A stretch of 64,000 nt of DNA. It comes from Eledone cirrhosa. Lineage: Eukaryota. Made by a program: the position numbers and the translations under genes. Shown here piece by piece: positions 30,257 through 46,044 of this stretch; the first letter of the stretch is position 1, and every line of letters begins with the position of its first letter. Under the pieces are notes generated by a model. The model was not told the DNA's origin. It was given only the letters and a program-made list of their open reading frames with translations, and did no database searches. The stretch is from the NCBI GenBank assembly GCA_964016885.1, contig OZ024751.1:25730001-25794000 (forward strand). Reading direction: 5' to 3'.

Positions 30257-30675
30257 GCCTAAGAGGATATAAAAAGGTTAACTTCACTACCACTCGTTCC
30301 CCTGCTTGATATGACGACACAATAGTCCTCCAAAATTATTTAACAACTCTTTGGTATTTTCTTTGTTGTTATTTTCATTCCTCTACTGGTTTCAGGCATT
30401 GGACTGCGGTCATAATAGACCACCGCTTCGATTTAGTCGATCATTTCGACCATTCTACATAATGTTTCAAGTCATCTACTTATTTTATTGATCTGTTTTC
30501 GTCGAATTGCTAACTTACAGGACACAAACGCAAACGCAGACACAAACATAAACATGTACACAGACACACACCCACTCATACATACATACATACACACACA
30601 CACATATACATATATATGTATAAATATATAAATAAATATATTTGTGCGTGTGTGTCTGTATATATATATATATAA

Positions 30676-30718
<43 letters not shown>

Positions 30719-30864
30719 TTTATATATATACATATATATATACATATATATATATATATATGTGTATATGTATATAATCCTCTTCGGATTTTAGTCTTCA
30801 CATTTATTATCATTACCATATATATATGTATATATAAATATATACACAGACACAGACACACACA

Positions 30865-31023
30865 TTAAATCGACTCCAGTACGTTACTGGTACTTTAATT
30901 TATCGACTCAATAAGGATGAAAGGCAAAGTTAACCTCGGCGGGTTTTGAACTCAAACAGTAAAGCGGCGTAACACTATGCTGCAAAGCATGGCGTCCGAC
31001 CCTCTACCGATACTACTAATCCA
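30865..31023 (-). mobile_element. tRNA-SINE
   Basis: Reverse complement of head and core. Confidence 0.85.
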
Positions 31024-31034
31024 TGGTCTTATTG

Positions 31035-31068
<34 letters not shown>

Positions 31069-31882
31069 GGGGGTTGTGTGGGTGTAGGAGTGGGGGTGGG
31101 GTGCGTGTGCGTGTGTATGTGTGAGTGTGTGGGTATGTGAGTGTGTGTATGTGTGTGTGTGTATATAAACTTCAAGAAATATGTTTGAAAATATTCACAT
31201 CATACACACACCACGTCTAGTGTTATCTTGATGCCAGGATATTTTTAAATGAAAAACGAAAATAATAATTAAAGTAAAATGTATGCAAATGATTTTAAAT
31301 TGAAAAAATATCTATCGCACATCATATATCTATGATTTTTTTACGTAGTGTAAGAAAATATGTGAAAGTAAGTTAAACATTAAATTAACGCATCGTTTCT
31401 TTTTTAGCGTAGTATGGTGTGAAACAGAGGTGTATTTACTATATAATGAAACACACACATACAGCCATATATACATATAGACAGACAGACATACATATTT
31501 ATACACATATATATGTGTGTTTGTACGTATGTATGTATATATATACATATATATATACATATATATATATATATGTATGTATATATATACATATATATAT
31601 ACATATATATATATATATGTATATGTATATATATATAGAGAGAGACATAGATATATATATACATATACACATTTATACACACACATATATATACATATAT
31701 ATATAATATATTCATGTTGGCGTACATCCCCATACATTTATGTACATTAATATTCACAAAAAACATGTACTTAGATTGTCTGTGCATATATGTAGGTCAC
31801 AGGTATATTCAAATAATTATACAAAATATTTACATATATGAGCATCTATGAATATGGTAGGGAATACAAAACCATACACACA

Positions 31883-32368
<486 letters not shown>

Positions 32369-32369
32369 G

Positions 32370-32950
32370 GTATAAAGCTCCATTTAATCTACAAATTAAA
32401 GATAATATCCCTAAAAAATGTGTTACTATCCTAAAGAAAAACTTCCCACTAAACCATAAATACGATAAAATTTTAAATAGCTGAACTATCAAATTTTCCT
32501 ACTCCACTACCAAAAATATACAACAGAATATAAGTGCGTACAACGCATATAAATGTAAAAAAAACCCATAAATATACCACCAACACATCAAACCAACCAT
32601 AATACTAAAATAAACCGCAACAAACCACCATCTCCTTCACCTATAACAAGTCCAGTTAAATTCCACACCAAATGTGACTAACTCCCCTGATATAATATTC
32701 ACGAATGGTTGTAACTGTAGAATCAAAAGAAATTGCCCATTAAAGGGAAATTGTCTTATTAATAACAGTCTATAAATGTAAAATTAGCACTAAGGACTCC
32801 ACTTATTCATATATAGGAGCTACGTCTAACCAATTTAAAGTAAGATTTAATACCCACAAACATAGTTTTTAAAATGCCACATTAGCTAATCCAACATCCT
32901 TGGCTGAAACAATTAATAATTATAGAAAAAAGAATATCCCAGCACATAAG
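32370..32950 (+). mobile_element. Decayed PLE thumb/linker/GIY-YIG endonuclease fragment (Naiad-like)
   Basis: APFNLQIKDNI..KNFPLNHKYDKILNS*TIKFSYSTTKNI; CNCRIKRNCPLKGNCL; VYKC..YIGATSNQFKVRFNTHKHSF. Confidence 0.85.
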
Positions 32951-32954
32951 GCCT

Positions 32955-33437
32955 ACAGTAAACGGATTATCACCTTAGTTAAGTGCCAGTTGACAGGGGC
33001 GATCGTCAACAACAGGGGGTGGAGCTCTCTCAAGAGAGCAATTAGAATAGAATTGATAGCCTTTAGCAAGAAAGTAGCTTTAGAAAAAAACAAAACTGAA
33101 AAGGAACTGGTAGATAAAGTAGAAGAGGCACTTAGGAATGGCAGTACAGCTGACGTGCTAGCGGCAAGAACGGCACTAGACCAATTCTTCATTGTGAAAC
33201 ACGAAGGTTGTATTGTCAGAAGTAGAACACGTGCGCTAAGAAACAAGGGAGCAAAAGCTGTTAGCTAGGCTCGAGTGGCAGAGGCGAAAAGTGGCAACAA
33301 ATCCACAATTCGATCTTTGCAAGACAAAGATGGACGCATTCTACTTGAATCCACACAGATGTGCATGGCCTTCCAGCACCATTTTTCACAACTGTTTAGG
33401 AAAAGCGGTACGTCGAGCGAGGTGATGGACTTCAGTA
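32955..33437 (+). mobile_element. Tx1/L1-like ORF2 linker fragment
   Basis: WSSLKRAIR..EGCIVRSRTR..IRSLQDKDGRIL..AFQHHFSQLF with an internal stop. Confidence 0.7.
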
Positions 33438-34430
33438 TATACACATATACACATATACAAACGCACACACAAACACACGACAGACACACACACAAACACT
33501 CATATAGAAAAGAACAAATACTCCACACAGTCACACGCACACACATACATACACAAACACACATATACACGTAGACAAACACAAACATATATAGACACAA
33601 ACACACCACAAACATATATACACATAAAAATACACGCATATATGCCCCAGTATTGGCTCAGCCTATGGAACAAGTAAGAGTATGTAAACACAGACTTTTA
33701 CTTATCATTTGCAGGTCTTCCAACGTAAAAATATGTAAACTCGTATTTCCTAGGGTCACATATTAGGATTATTGATAACAAATATCAACTGAGGTATCAA
33801 CAACATTCACACTAGTCAGAGTTATAGTAAATAATCTACACAAACATATAAATACCTCTACTTATTAACTAACGATCGAAAAAAAGCACGTGAAACATTA
33901 AATTTCAACGTTTGGACAGATTATAGAGTGACATATTCTACTATTAACTATTCACGACAATTCTAACAAAAGAATTTATAAATACAGCTTTCGAAGTGGT
34001 TATTTTTTCAGTTAAACACTATTTATAGTCTAAAGACAAACTTTATGGTATTACTTCAACGGGGTTTACTAAAGCCCCAAATAAAAGTAGATGTGGGGTT
34101 ATGAATTCCTCTTCTCAACCTATACAACGATGCTCGTCGTAAGCACCTGGAACATTATATCAATCACAGGATTGGTTACATAACATTTTATTACGTAAAT
34201 GCTCTTACAGCGATAACAATGAACACATTTTCATTTCAGTCGTGTATATGTTCGGTTAACCACATATTCTTAAGTCAGAACTCTGCAGTAAACTTAATAT
34301 TTAATAACAATATCTACCAATATAGACTGGTTTAAACCATAGTATTGTTATATATACAGCTGCGTTCTTTTTCTCTTCCCCACACACAGGAACACATGCA
34401 CACATATACATACGTACACACACAACACAT

Positions 34431-34514
<84 letters not shown>

Positions 34515-34883
34515 TGTATATGTATATATATATATATGTGAGTGTATATATATATATATATATATAAAGATAGAGAGAGAGGGGGGAGGTATTTCTAATG
34601 CTATGCTGCTATACATATAAAATATGATACAGCAATAAAGCCTCCAACCGATTAAGAATTTAGCAATAAATAGACAAGACTTGTAAGTTCACCTAGTTGG
34701 AAATGAAACTAGTTTCTCCGCCCTAATCTATTTATCTGTCTTATATTTACAGTTATTTCTGATATCATCGCAAAGGCAGTCTCTTGAAAAAACAGGAAAA
34801 ATAGAAAAAGGAAAAATCGGAAAACCAAATTTCTACTAAACTTAACCATCGTAATTATTGAAATGTTCTCATGATAGCGGCGT

Positions 34884-34914
<31 letters not shown>

Positions 34915-35072
34915 ACGAAGGAAGTGTGGTAAGGAACCAGGTGGACCATAACGCACCAAAGTACTCAATACTTAGGGTAGTAGAGTGGGTAATAGGAACC
35001 AGTAAGACCGCGACGGCTGTGCTCAAGCCGTTTCGACGGCTTGAGCACAGCCGTCGGGGTCTTACTGGTTCC
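34915..35072 (-). mobile_element. Family A fold-back element, short arms
   Basis: Reverse orientation; apex falls at AGCCGT-TTCG-ACGGCT. Confidence 0.85.
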
Positions 35073-35080
35073 TATATCTA

Positions 35081-35115
<35 letters not shown>

Positions 35116-35319
35116 ATGTGTGTGTGTGTCTGTGTGTGTGTGTGTGTAGATACATATAGGTGTATATATATGTATATATATATCGTGAAAAAGTGTGGCC
35201 GTTAGAAAACGTACAAATACAGATCACGTTGGTGGATTAGCAGTATCGGTAGAGGGACGGACGCCATGCTAGGGTGGTGGATTGGCAGTATCGGTAGAGG
35301 GACGGACGCCATGATTTGA

Positions 35320-36492
35320 TAATACAAAAAAATCATTCGATAGTTTGCCACAGTTGGATTGAAAAGTGTTTAGAGATTTTCAAAATATCTCCCGTTGTCA
35401 GGAGGTTCCTGTCATTCAGTATGACAAACGACACTCCTTTTGAATAGTGAAACAAAATCACTGGAAGCTGGAAAAGTTAATATTAATTGTGGAATTTTTC
35501 AGGGTCACTCTTTATCGCCGCTTTTATTCTGCATCGCACGTATACCATTAAGTAAAATGCTCAATGAAACAAAACATGGATATAAAGCCTATGACAAAAC
35601 AAACCATTAATCACTTGTTCTACATGGATGACCTGAAATTATTTGCAAAAAATGATGAGCAATTGCAATGGTTATTATCCACTGTGAAGTAGTTCAGTGA
35701 TGATATTAAAATGGAGTTTGGACTAGACAAATGCGCCAAAGCCACGTTCACCAGAGGAAAGCTGCTGAGATGTTCAGACATTAATCTTGATCGGGGGAAT
35801 GTGATAAGAGTACTTGATCAAGAAGAAACTTACAAATATCGAGGTGTTTGTGAAGGAGACGGAATCAAGCACTCGACAATGAGGGAAAGGATAAGGAAGG
35901 AATGTTACCGCAGAGTCAGAGCAATCTTAAGAACGGAATTGAATGCAAGGAATAGGATCGATGCCATAAACACGCTTGCCATACCAGTAGTAACCTACAG
36001 TTACAATGTCATCAACTGGTCAAGCACGTAGGCTCGATACAAAAATTTGAAAATTCTTAACCATGCACAGAATGCATCACCCTAAGGCAGATACAGATAG
36101 AATATATCTCCCTAGGAGAGAAGGAGGACGTGGATTAATCCAGTTAGATATTGCTTTGAAAACTGCAACAATTGGATTATCTACATATCTAAGGGAATCA
36201 CATGATTGGATGATCAAACTCGTGTTGAAACATGAAAGCATCAAAAGATCATACTCCATTACAAAAGATGCACAAAGATACAGTAATGAACTACACATTT
36301 CAGAAGTTCCATTTACTGCTGAAATGGAAAACACAGAAAAAGCAAAGCAGGTAAAAGTAACTGCAAAGAAAGAACTGCTTCAGAAACTGGCTAAGAAATG
36401 GCAAGAAAAGCCTCTGTATGGAAAATACCCAGAAAGAGCTAACAATCCTGATGTTGACAAAACTTTAATCCATCATTGGTTGGCATCCTCTG
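35320..36492 (+). mobile_element. R4/Dong-like non-LTR retrotransposon RT fragment (stops and frameshifts)
   Basis: GIFQGHSLSPLLFC, INHLFYMDDLKLFAK, MEFGLDKCAK, HHPKADTDRIYLPRREGGRGL. Confidence 0.88.
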
Positions 36493-37315
36493 TTTTAGTG
36501 GTGGTGAAATTGCAGTTCTTTGGCTGTTGTATTTAGGGTACGCAGATGGGTTTTCTTCCATCTGTAACCATTTTCTTTTTTGAATATAACATTTCTAATA
36601 CAAAATTAGATATTTGAGCCATATGCCAGGGAATTGTGGGATCTCACTTCCTGAGAGTTAAGTCTGATGCCTTATCTCCCATTTGCAATAAAAATTATTA
36701 TATCACAGCTGTTTTAAATATGTAAAAAAAAAAAAAAAAAAACTTACGGGAGCAAATCCATAATACTATATTTACCAGACAAGCCGCCTCGCAGGAATGA
36801 ATATACCAACTTGACCAACGGATAGCAGTAATAGCTGCTAATTTATAGGCTTCCCCCTATAGTGATTTGACCGAATACAACTCACCAAGCTGACTGCGGC
36901 GATGACACATTCCCTTGACAGAGTGTGTGGCAGCATAAAAGAATGAATCGGAATAACTATCCAACCACTCTTAGACGCGAGTATACATGTTAACAGATAT
37001 CTGAGGAGCTTCCGATTCAAGAGTCAGGATCGATGATTAATTGATAGTTCTTCGAGCTGATCGACATAGAAACATATATACTATGTAATTAAATATGTAT
37101 ATGATGCAACACTGTTTCTTTGTTCCCTTATATAGAAAGATAAAGGAAAGAACAGCGCTCTATGTATTGTACACAGCTATGCTATTTAATTACATAATAA
37201 ACAACAGTTTAGTTTCTTGAAACCTTCGGAATGGAATAATTATTTGTGTTGTTTATTATGTAATTATATATATATATATATGTGGTGTGCGCGCGTGTGT
37301 GTGAGTGTGTGTGTG

Positions 37316-37429
<114 letters not shown>

Positions 37430-37690
37430 AATCAATTCGCTAAAATTTCAACCTTTACAACATAAAAATTAAAATACCACCAAAACATCACAGAATATTA
37501 CACGGAAACGTCTTGTATTTGAATGTAACTTTCTCTTATTCTCTCCCTTTGTTCAACTCAAACAACCGTAGTTTGCGATATTACGAATTTACATTTTCAT
37601 TCATTATTTTCCCACCACCACCTCGCTCCCCACTTTTAAATGTTTTTCATTTCAACCAGTTATTTGCTTATTTGTTCTTGACTTTATATA

Positions 37691-37772
<82 letters not shown>

Positions 37773-37946
37773 GTATGTATGTATATTATATAATGCCTAT
37801 TTTTTTTGTTCTCTAAATTTCTTTCTTCAATACGCCATATTGATTAATATTATTTTTATTATTTGTATCATCATCTTCAACATCATCATTACATTTATTC
37901 TTTTCATTATTAATTCTTTGTTATCATCATCGTCTCATTTATTAAA

Positions 37947-37991
<45 letters not shown>

Positions 37992-38377
37992 GATCATTAT
38001 CATTGCGTTCGTATTTTTTTCATTATCACCATCATCACAGTTATTTTCATTATATCATCGTTGTTATTAATATTATTTCTATCACTATTTCTATTATATT
38101 TATTATATTATTATTGCTGTTATTGTTGTTATTGTTGTTATTCCATTTTATATGGCATCCAAATACTGTAACTTCACCTCTCTATTCAATGTCTGTTGCG
38201 ATGAAATATAATACAAAGATGGCGACAAAAGAAATAAATAAAACAAAGTGAAGTTAGCAATTATTTCTTCTAAGTGGATACACCAAGTCAGTGTTTCTCT
38301 TCTCAGAGGGAGTGAGTGTATAAGGGTATAAGGGGGGAGGTGAGTGTGTGAGAGAGTGGAAGAGAAGGGAGTGAGAG

Positions 38378-38433
<56 letters not shown>

Positions 38434-38440
<7 letters not shown>

Positions 38441-38655
38441 GACTATGAGAGGGCGGGAGTGAGAATATGAGAGAGGGGGGGGATAGACGGGAGTGAGAGT
38501 ATGAGAGAGAGGGCGAGAAGCGAGTGAGACTATGAGAGGGCGGGAGTGAGAATATGAGAGAGGGGGGTGATAGACGGGAGTGAGAGTATGAGAGAGAGGG
38601 CGAGAAGCGAGTGAGACTATGAGAGGGCGGGAGTGAGAATATGAGAGAGGGGGAA
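38434..38655. repeat. GA-rich ~88-bp tandem repeat, about 2.5 copies
   Basis: GAGTGAGACTATGAGAGGGCGG at 38434, 38522 and 38609. Confidence 0.8.
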
Positions 38656-38821
38656 GACAGAAGGGGGTGAGAGTATGAAAGAGGGGGGAAAGAATGGAGG
38701 GAGAGAATGAGAAGAACTGGGAGGGGGGAAGTGACGATATGGGGTATACAAAGCGTCAGAGAAGGGGAGATATAGAAAGAAAGAGAATGAAGGCGAGAGA
38801 GAGATGGACTGAGGGTGAATT

Positions 38822-38852
<31 letters not shown>

Positions 38853-39029
38853 CTGAGAATGAACTAGAGAGAGAGAGAAGTGGAGGGCATACAAAGCAGA
38901 AGGGAAAGAGTGATAAGGAGGTAGATGGGGGCGGGGGCTATACGATTTACTTTCACTTTCGATGTCTCAACTTTTAGTCACATTCCCCTTTCTGGCTTTC
39001 TCTTCCTTCTATATATTTCCTTCTCAATC

Positions 39030-39590
39030 ATGTGTGTGTGTTTATCTCTGTATGTGTGTGTGTATGTTTATCTCTGTGTGTGTGTGTGTATGTTTATCTC
39101 TGTGTTTGTATGTATGTTTATATGTGTGTATGTTTATCTGTGTGTGTGTGCGTGTATGTTTATCTGTGTGTGTGTGTATGTTTATCTGTGTGCGTGTGTA
39201 TGTTTATATGTGTGTGTGTGTGTATGTTTATCTGTCTGTGTGTATGTCTATCTGTGTGTGTGTGTATGTTTATCTCTGTGTGTGTATGTATATTTATCTG
39301 TTTGTATGTTTATCTCTGTGTGTGTGTATGTTTATCTGTGTGTGTGTATGTTTATCTGTGTGTGTGTGTATGTTTATATGTGTGTGTGTGGGGGGGGGGG
39401 GGTGTTTATCTGTGTGTGTGTATGTATGTTTATCTGTGTGTATGTTTATCTGTGTGTGTGTGTGTGTTTATCTGTGTGTGTGTGTATGTTTATCTGTGTG
39501 TGTGTGTATATCTTTATATGTGTGTGTGTGTATGTTTATCTGTCTATGTGTATGTTTATCTGTGTGTGTTTATCTGTGTTTATCTGTGTC
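39030..39590. repeat. TATGTTTATC(TG)n variable minisatellite
   Basis: Direct inspection. Confidence 0.85.
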
Positions 39591-40210
39591 TTTCAATGTG
39601 TGTCTTGTATGTTTGTTTGTGTGAACATGTGTATGTATATGTGTGTATTTGTGTGAGTGAGTGTGTATATAAATTGGTGTAAGGATGCATACTTGTGTGT
39701 ATCTGTTTCTTGCGTGTTTGTTTGTGTATGTGTGTGTATTTATATGCGTGAGTGTGTGTGTGTGTGGTGTGTGTGTGAGTGTGTGTGTTTGTATGAGTGA
39801 GCGCGTATATCTGTGAAAATGTGTGTATTTTTATGTAAGTGTGTGTGTATTTATGTAAGTGTGTATGTATATGTTTGTGAAAGCGTGTGTATTTGTTTGA
39901 ATGTGTGTTTCTGTGTTTGCTGGAGTGTTTGTGTAAACGTGAGGATGTGTGTGTGTCTGTATGTAGGTATGTGTATGTATGTGTGTATTTGTGCTAAGGT
40001 ACGTGTATGTGTGTATGCATATGTGTGTGTATGTATATATGCGAGTGTATATGTGCGTATATGTATGAAATTGTGCTGCGGTTTTCTCTCTGTTCTGTAT
40101 TTCCTCCTAGTTTCTGTGAGTACGTGTTTCCGTTTTTTGTGTGAGTATACGTGAATATGCATGTGTGTGTATGTGTGTACGCATATGAGTATTTGCGTTT
40201 TGTGTGTTTG

Positions 40211-40314
<104 letters not shown>

Positions 40315-40522
40315 TGTGTGGGTATGTATGTTTGTAAGTATGTGAATGTCTTTGCGGTTATCTATGTGTTTATATATGTATGCGTGTGAAATTATATTTG
40401 TGTGTGTTTTAAGGATATATACAGAAACAATCTACGTTGTGTTGTTGTTGTTGTTGTTGTTGTTCATGTGAGAAACAGCAAACACAAACTGAAGAAATTA
40501 AATTGTTCCATTTCTCTCGTAG

Positions 40523-40558
<36 letters not shown>

Positions 40559-40559
<1 letters not shown>

Positions 40560-40720
40560 GGGTCGGACGCCATGCTTTGTAGCAAAGAGTTACGGCCCTT
40601 GCCATTCTGAGTTCAAATCCCGCCGAGGTTAACTTTGCCTTTCATCCTTACGGGGTCGATAAAATAAAGTACCAGTAATACACTGGGATAATTGCTGGCC
40701 TTGTGCCAAAAGTAGAAACA
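40559..40720 (+). mobile_element. tRNA-SINE inside (ATT)n, followed by (TAG)n to 40941
   Basis: B box, core and 3' end. Confidence 0.88.
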
Positions 40721-40746
40721 ATTATTATTATTATTATTATTATTAT

Positions 40747-40815
<69 letters not shown>

Positions 40816-40825
40816 CAGCAGAAGC

Positions 40826-40881
<56 letters not shown>

Positions 40882-40905
40882 CAATAGCAGCAGCAGTAGT
40901 AGTAC

Positions 40906-40942
<37 letters not shown>

Positions 40943-41057
40943 TGCCATGAGTTTGTCGTTTCCGATCAAATGAAGTTCAGAGTATCATTTTGAGAACTTT
41001 TCAGGTTACATAGGAAATATGAAAAAGTCCACCCTACTTATTTCACACACTTTAGGT

Positions 41058-41100
<43 letters not shown>

Positions 41101-41196
41101 ATATATATATAGTAATAATAAATGTGAAGACTAAAATCGGTTCTTTATATATATATTTATTTATTTATTTATGTAATAAACAACATAAAATAATTA

Positions 41197-41254
41197 TTTC
41201 ATTTACCAGTGGTTTCGAAAGCAAATAAATCTGCTTTCAGTCGTCAGAATGAAA
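41197..41254 (-). ncRNA. Type I hammerhead motif with two extra nucleotides before stem II
   Basis: TTTCATT-CTGACGA-CT-GAAAGCA-GATTTATT-TGCTTTC-GAAA-CC-ACT-GG-TA-AATGAAA. Confidence 0.7.
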
Positions 41255-41446
41255 ACATCCTGGTGTTTTTATTGAATATAGATTTGAAAACAAAAATATA
41301 AGAAATATGAAAATGAGGCTGAAGGAAGAAGAAAAAAAGATAATAAATATATAAGTATATAAACACACACACACACACAATTACATATATATATATATAA
41401 ATATACATACACATACACATAAATACCCAAACATATATATATATAC

Positions 41447-42227
<781 letters not shown>

Positions 42228-42772
42228 GAGAGAGGAGAGAGAGAAAGAGAGAGATATATAGATACATATAGGTAGGTTGGTAGGTGGGCAGGTGGGTAAG
42301 TAGGTGGGTAGAGCTATTTTTAAATGTGTTCATGGATATGTACACATTGGTGTATCATTGGCATCCTTAAATACATGATGAAGGAGAGAGGCCAAATTAA
42401 GAGCTTCTTACACTAAATATTACGTCACGAGTCTTTTGTAAGACAAATCGACTTAGTTTCACATAAGTCTTTCCATTGTGTTTGTTGACTTAGTTAAACA
42501 TTAGAATCAAATTTTACAACTTTCTGTGTATTTAACCGACTGATTCGTTTGGCAGTAAAGTTAATCACATACAAATTGCACCAGCACGCATCAGTGAATG
42601 TTTCGTTGTAACTTCTATTTTGCCATTCATTATTGCTTTCGTCCGCTGTTTAGCTTTGGCACCAGTTTAGCATATCTCCCGGTTTCTATGGAAGAATATT
42701 TCCCGAAAGTTTTCAAAATTCTAAATTTTGATTCTCAGAGCTGATATAAATTTGGGGAGGTAGTATTTAGAC

Positions 42773-42817
42773 TGACATCTTAGTGAGTCAAAGGAAATGA
42801 CATTCCGGGATAAAACA

Positions 42818-42855
<38 letters not shown>

Positions 42856-42857
42856 GC

Positions 42858-42942
<85 letters not shown>

Positions 42943-42981
42943 ATCCCGGAATGTCATTTCCTTCGACTCACTAAGATGCCA
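42773..42981. repeat. Palindrome with ~45-bp unique arms extended by (CA)n/(TG)n
   Basis: CATCTTAGTGAGTCAAAGGAAATGACATTCCGGGATAAAACA vs TGTTTTATCCCGGAATGTCATTTCCTTCGACTCACTAAGATG. Confidence 0.85.
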
Positions 42982-43169
42982 TTATCTCCCTCTCTCTCTC
43001 TTCTCTCTCTCTCTCTCTCTGTATATATATATATGTGTGTGTGTGTGTGTGCGTGTGTGTGTGTGCGTGTGTGTGTGTGCGCGTATGCGTGTATGTGTGT
43101 GTGTTTGTGTGTCTGTGTGAGTGCGTGCAAGCACGTGTGTGTGTGCCTTTGTGTGTGTGTGTGTGTGCA

Positions 43170-43347
43170 TGATTTGAAGCATTTAGTTGCAAAACATTAC
43201 GTTCTGAGTTCAAATCCGGCTAAGGACAAACTTGCCTTTCTTCCTTCCGGGATTGATAAAATAAAGTACCAGTAATACACTCGGTTCAATTTAATTGACT
43301 CTCCCCCTTCCCTTCAAATTACTGGCTTTGTGCTAAACGTAGAAACA
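43170..43347 (+). mobile_element. Diverged tRNA-SINE
   Basis: B box, core and 3' end. Confidence 0.8.
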
Positions 43348-43480
43348 ATTATTATTGTTGTTATTATTTTGGATGTTTGAGCGTATATTTGTTGTTGGGT
43401 ATTGCTATGGTGTGAAGACGTGTTGCTATGACGTGAAGACGTGTTGCTATGACGTGATGACGTGTAGCTTGGTGGTTAAA

Positions 43481-44257
43481 GTGTTCTGGTTATGACCGTC
43501 ACTTCGATGTCTGGTCTGTGTTCTGGTTATGACCGTCACTTCGATGTCTGGTCTGTGTTCTGGTTATGACCGTCACTTCGATGTCTGGTCTGTGTTCTGG
43601 TTATGACCGTCACTTCGATGTCTGGTCTGTGTTCTGGTTATGACCGTCACTTCGATGTCTGGTCTGTGTTCTGGTTATGACCGTCAGTTCGATGTCTGGT
43701 CTGTGTTCTGGTTATGACCGTCACTTCGATGTCTGGTCTGTGTTCTGGTTATGACCGTCACTTCGATGTCTGGTCTGTGTTCTGGTTATGACCGTCACTT
43801 CGATGTCTGGTCTGTGTTCTGGTTATGACCGTCACTTCGATGTCTGGTCTGTGTTCTGGTTATGACCGTCACTTCGATGTTTGATCTGTGTTCTGGTTAT
43901 GACCGTCACTTCGATGCCTGGTCTGTGTTCTGGTTATGACCGTCACTTCGATGTTTGATCTGTGTTCTGGTTATGACCGTCACTTCGATGTCTGGTCTGT
44001 GTTCTGGTTATGACCGTCACTTCGATGTCTGGACTGTGTTCTGGTTATGACCGTCACTTCGATGTCTGGTCTGTGTTCTGGTTATGACCGTCACTTCGAT
44101 GTCTGGACTGTGTTCTGGTTATGACCGTCACTTCGATGTCTGGTCTGTGTTCTGGTTATGACCGTCACTTCGATGTCTGGTCTGTGTTCTGGTTATGACC
44201 GTCACTTCGATGTCTGGTCTGTGTTCTGGTTATGACCGTCACTTCGATGTCTGGTCT
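43481..44257. repeat. 37-bp minisatellite, 21 copies
   Basis: GTGTTCTGGTTATGACCGTCACTTCGATGTCTGGTCT; 777 bp / 37 = 21. Confidence 0.95.
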
Positions 44258-44384
44258 GTTCGGTCGGTTGTCTCCTTACATTTCATACTAAATGTATTTA
44301 TTACAGCCACTAGATGTCATGTAAACAATGAACGGAAGTGTTGTCTCTCTAGCTAAACACTGAAAATAGAGGCGTTCGTGTATA

Positions 44385-45332
44385 TGGTGATGAGGGTGAG
44401 GCTGTGATGATGGTCATGGTGGTGATGGCGGTGATAATGGTGGTGATGATGGTGATGATGGTGATGACGGGGATAATGGTGATGGTGGCGGTGATGATGG
44501 TGATGATGGTGATGATGGTGATGATGGTGATGGCGGCGATAATGGTGGTGATGATGGTGATGATGGTGATGACGGGGATAATGGTGATGATGGCGGTGAT
44601 GATGGTGATGATGATGATGAAGGTGATGATGGCGGTGATGATGGTGATGATGGTGGTGATGATGGTGATGATGGTGATGATGGTGATGAAGGTGATGATG
44701 GCGGTGATAATGGTGGTGATGATGGTCATGATGGTGATGATGGTGATGGCGGTGATAATGGTGGTGATGATGGTGATGATGGTGATGAAGGTGATGGCGG
44801 TGATAATGGTGGTGATGATGGTGATGATGGTGATGAAGGTGATGATGGCGGTGATGATGGTGGTGATGATGGTGATGATGGTTATGATGATGATGATAGT
44901 GATGATGGCGATGGCGGTGATAATGGTGGTGATGATGGTGATGATGGTGATGAAGGTGATGATGGCGGTGACGATGGTGGTGATGATGGTGATGATGGTT
45001 ATGATGATGATGATAGTGATGATGGCGACGGCGGTGATAATGGTGGTGATGGTGATGATGGTGAGGAGGTGATGGTGGTGTTGATAGTGATGAAGGTGAT
45101 GATGGTGATGATGGTGATGATGGTGATGATGGTGATGATAGTGATGATGGTGATGGTTGTGATAATGGTGGTGATGGTGATGATGGTGAGGAGGTGATGA
45201 TGGTGATAATGGTGATGAAGGTGATGATGGTGGTGATGATGGTGATGATGGTGATGATGGTGATGGCGGTTATGATGGTGCTGATGGTGGTGAGGAGGTG
45301 ATGAGGTGATGAGGGTGATGAAGGTGATGAAA
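44385..45332. repeat. (GAT/GGT)n compound trinucleotide repeat
   Basis: Direct inspection. Confidence 0.95.
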
Positions 45333-46044
45333 TGAAAAAAAAAACAGATGTTATAAAAAATAATCTTCAATTGAAACTAGAAACAAAAGATGTAAAATGG
45401 ATTCTAAGAAGAAAAAACCTCCCATTTTGTGTTTCACTTAAGAAATTGATTGTCTAATACTTTTGTTTTCTTTTGTTTCTTCTTATTCGTCTTCCTTCTT
45501 ACTTTTTCTCCGTCTTTATGTCTTTCGCAAACATTGCAAAAACGAGACTGTTTACGATTTATTAGTTATCAATGTAGAATTTGGTGTTTTATCATCACAT
45601 AGAGATTGTGTGAGAGACGCAGAAAGAAAACAAAAAAACAGCAGCAAAAGACGAGTTGTATTTAAAATGGCGCTCATTGCGACAGACTTGCAATTCATTT
45701 TTTAAAAAAAAAAGTTCTCTTCACCTCACTATCAATAATTTTCTCACCAATAAACTCGAAATACAAGTTCACAATCACCAATGTTTGTCACTTTAGCTGT
45801 TCTTTACTGCCACAACCGTCTCAGTATGTCGGAAATAGCTAGTTATTTCGGTGGTTTACGTAACTCAGCCTGATTAAACACCCACGCTCGGCTCTTCGAT
45901 GCAATCAGTAGCAGACAATCTGTTGTAAGCATTCTGGCCAGACCTTCAATTTAAGGACACTTTCATCTTTCTCACCAGTTTCCAATGCCTTCCCCCTCTG
46001 GTTAAACATTAAAATATCCATACCTACATTCGTAATCTTCTCGT

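Noticed and set aside
32479-32487. In-frame TGA in the Naiad-like fragment as selenocysteine
   Set aside because: It does not fall at an expected Cys position, the copy is otherwise frameshifted, and a CGA-to-TGA change explains it simply.
43481-44257. 37-bp repeats of CRISPR-like length
   Set aside because: Units are contiguous with no spacers, no cas genes are present, and the context is eukaryotic.
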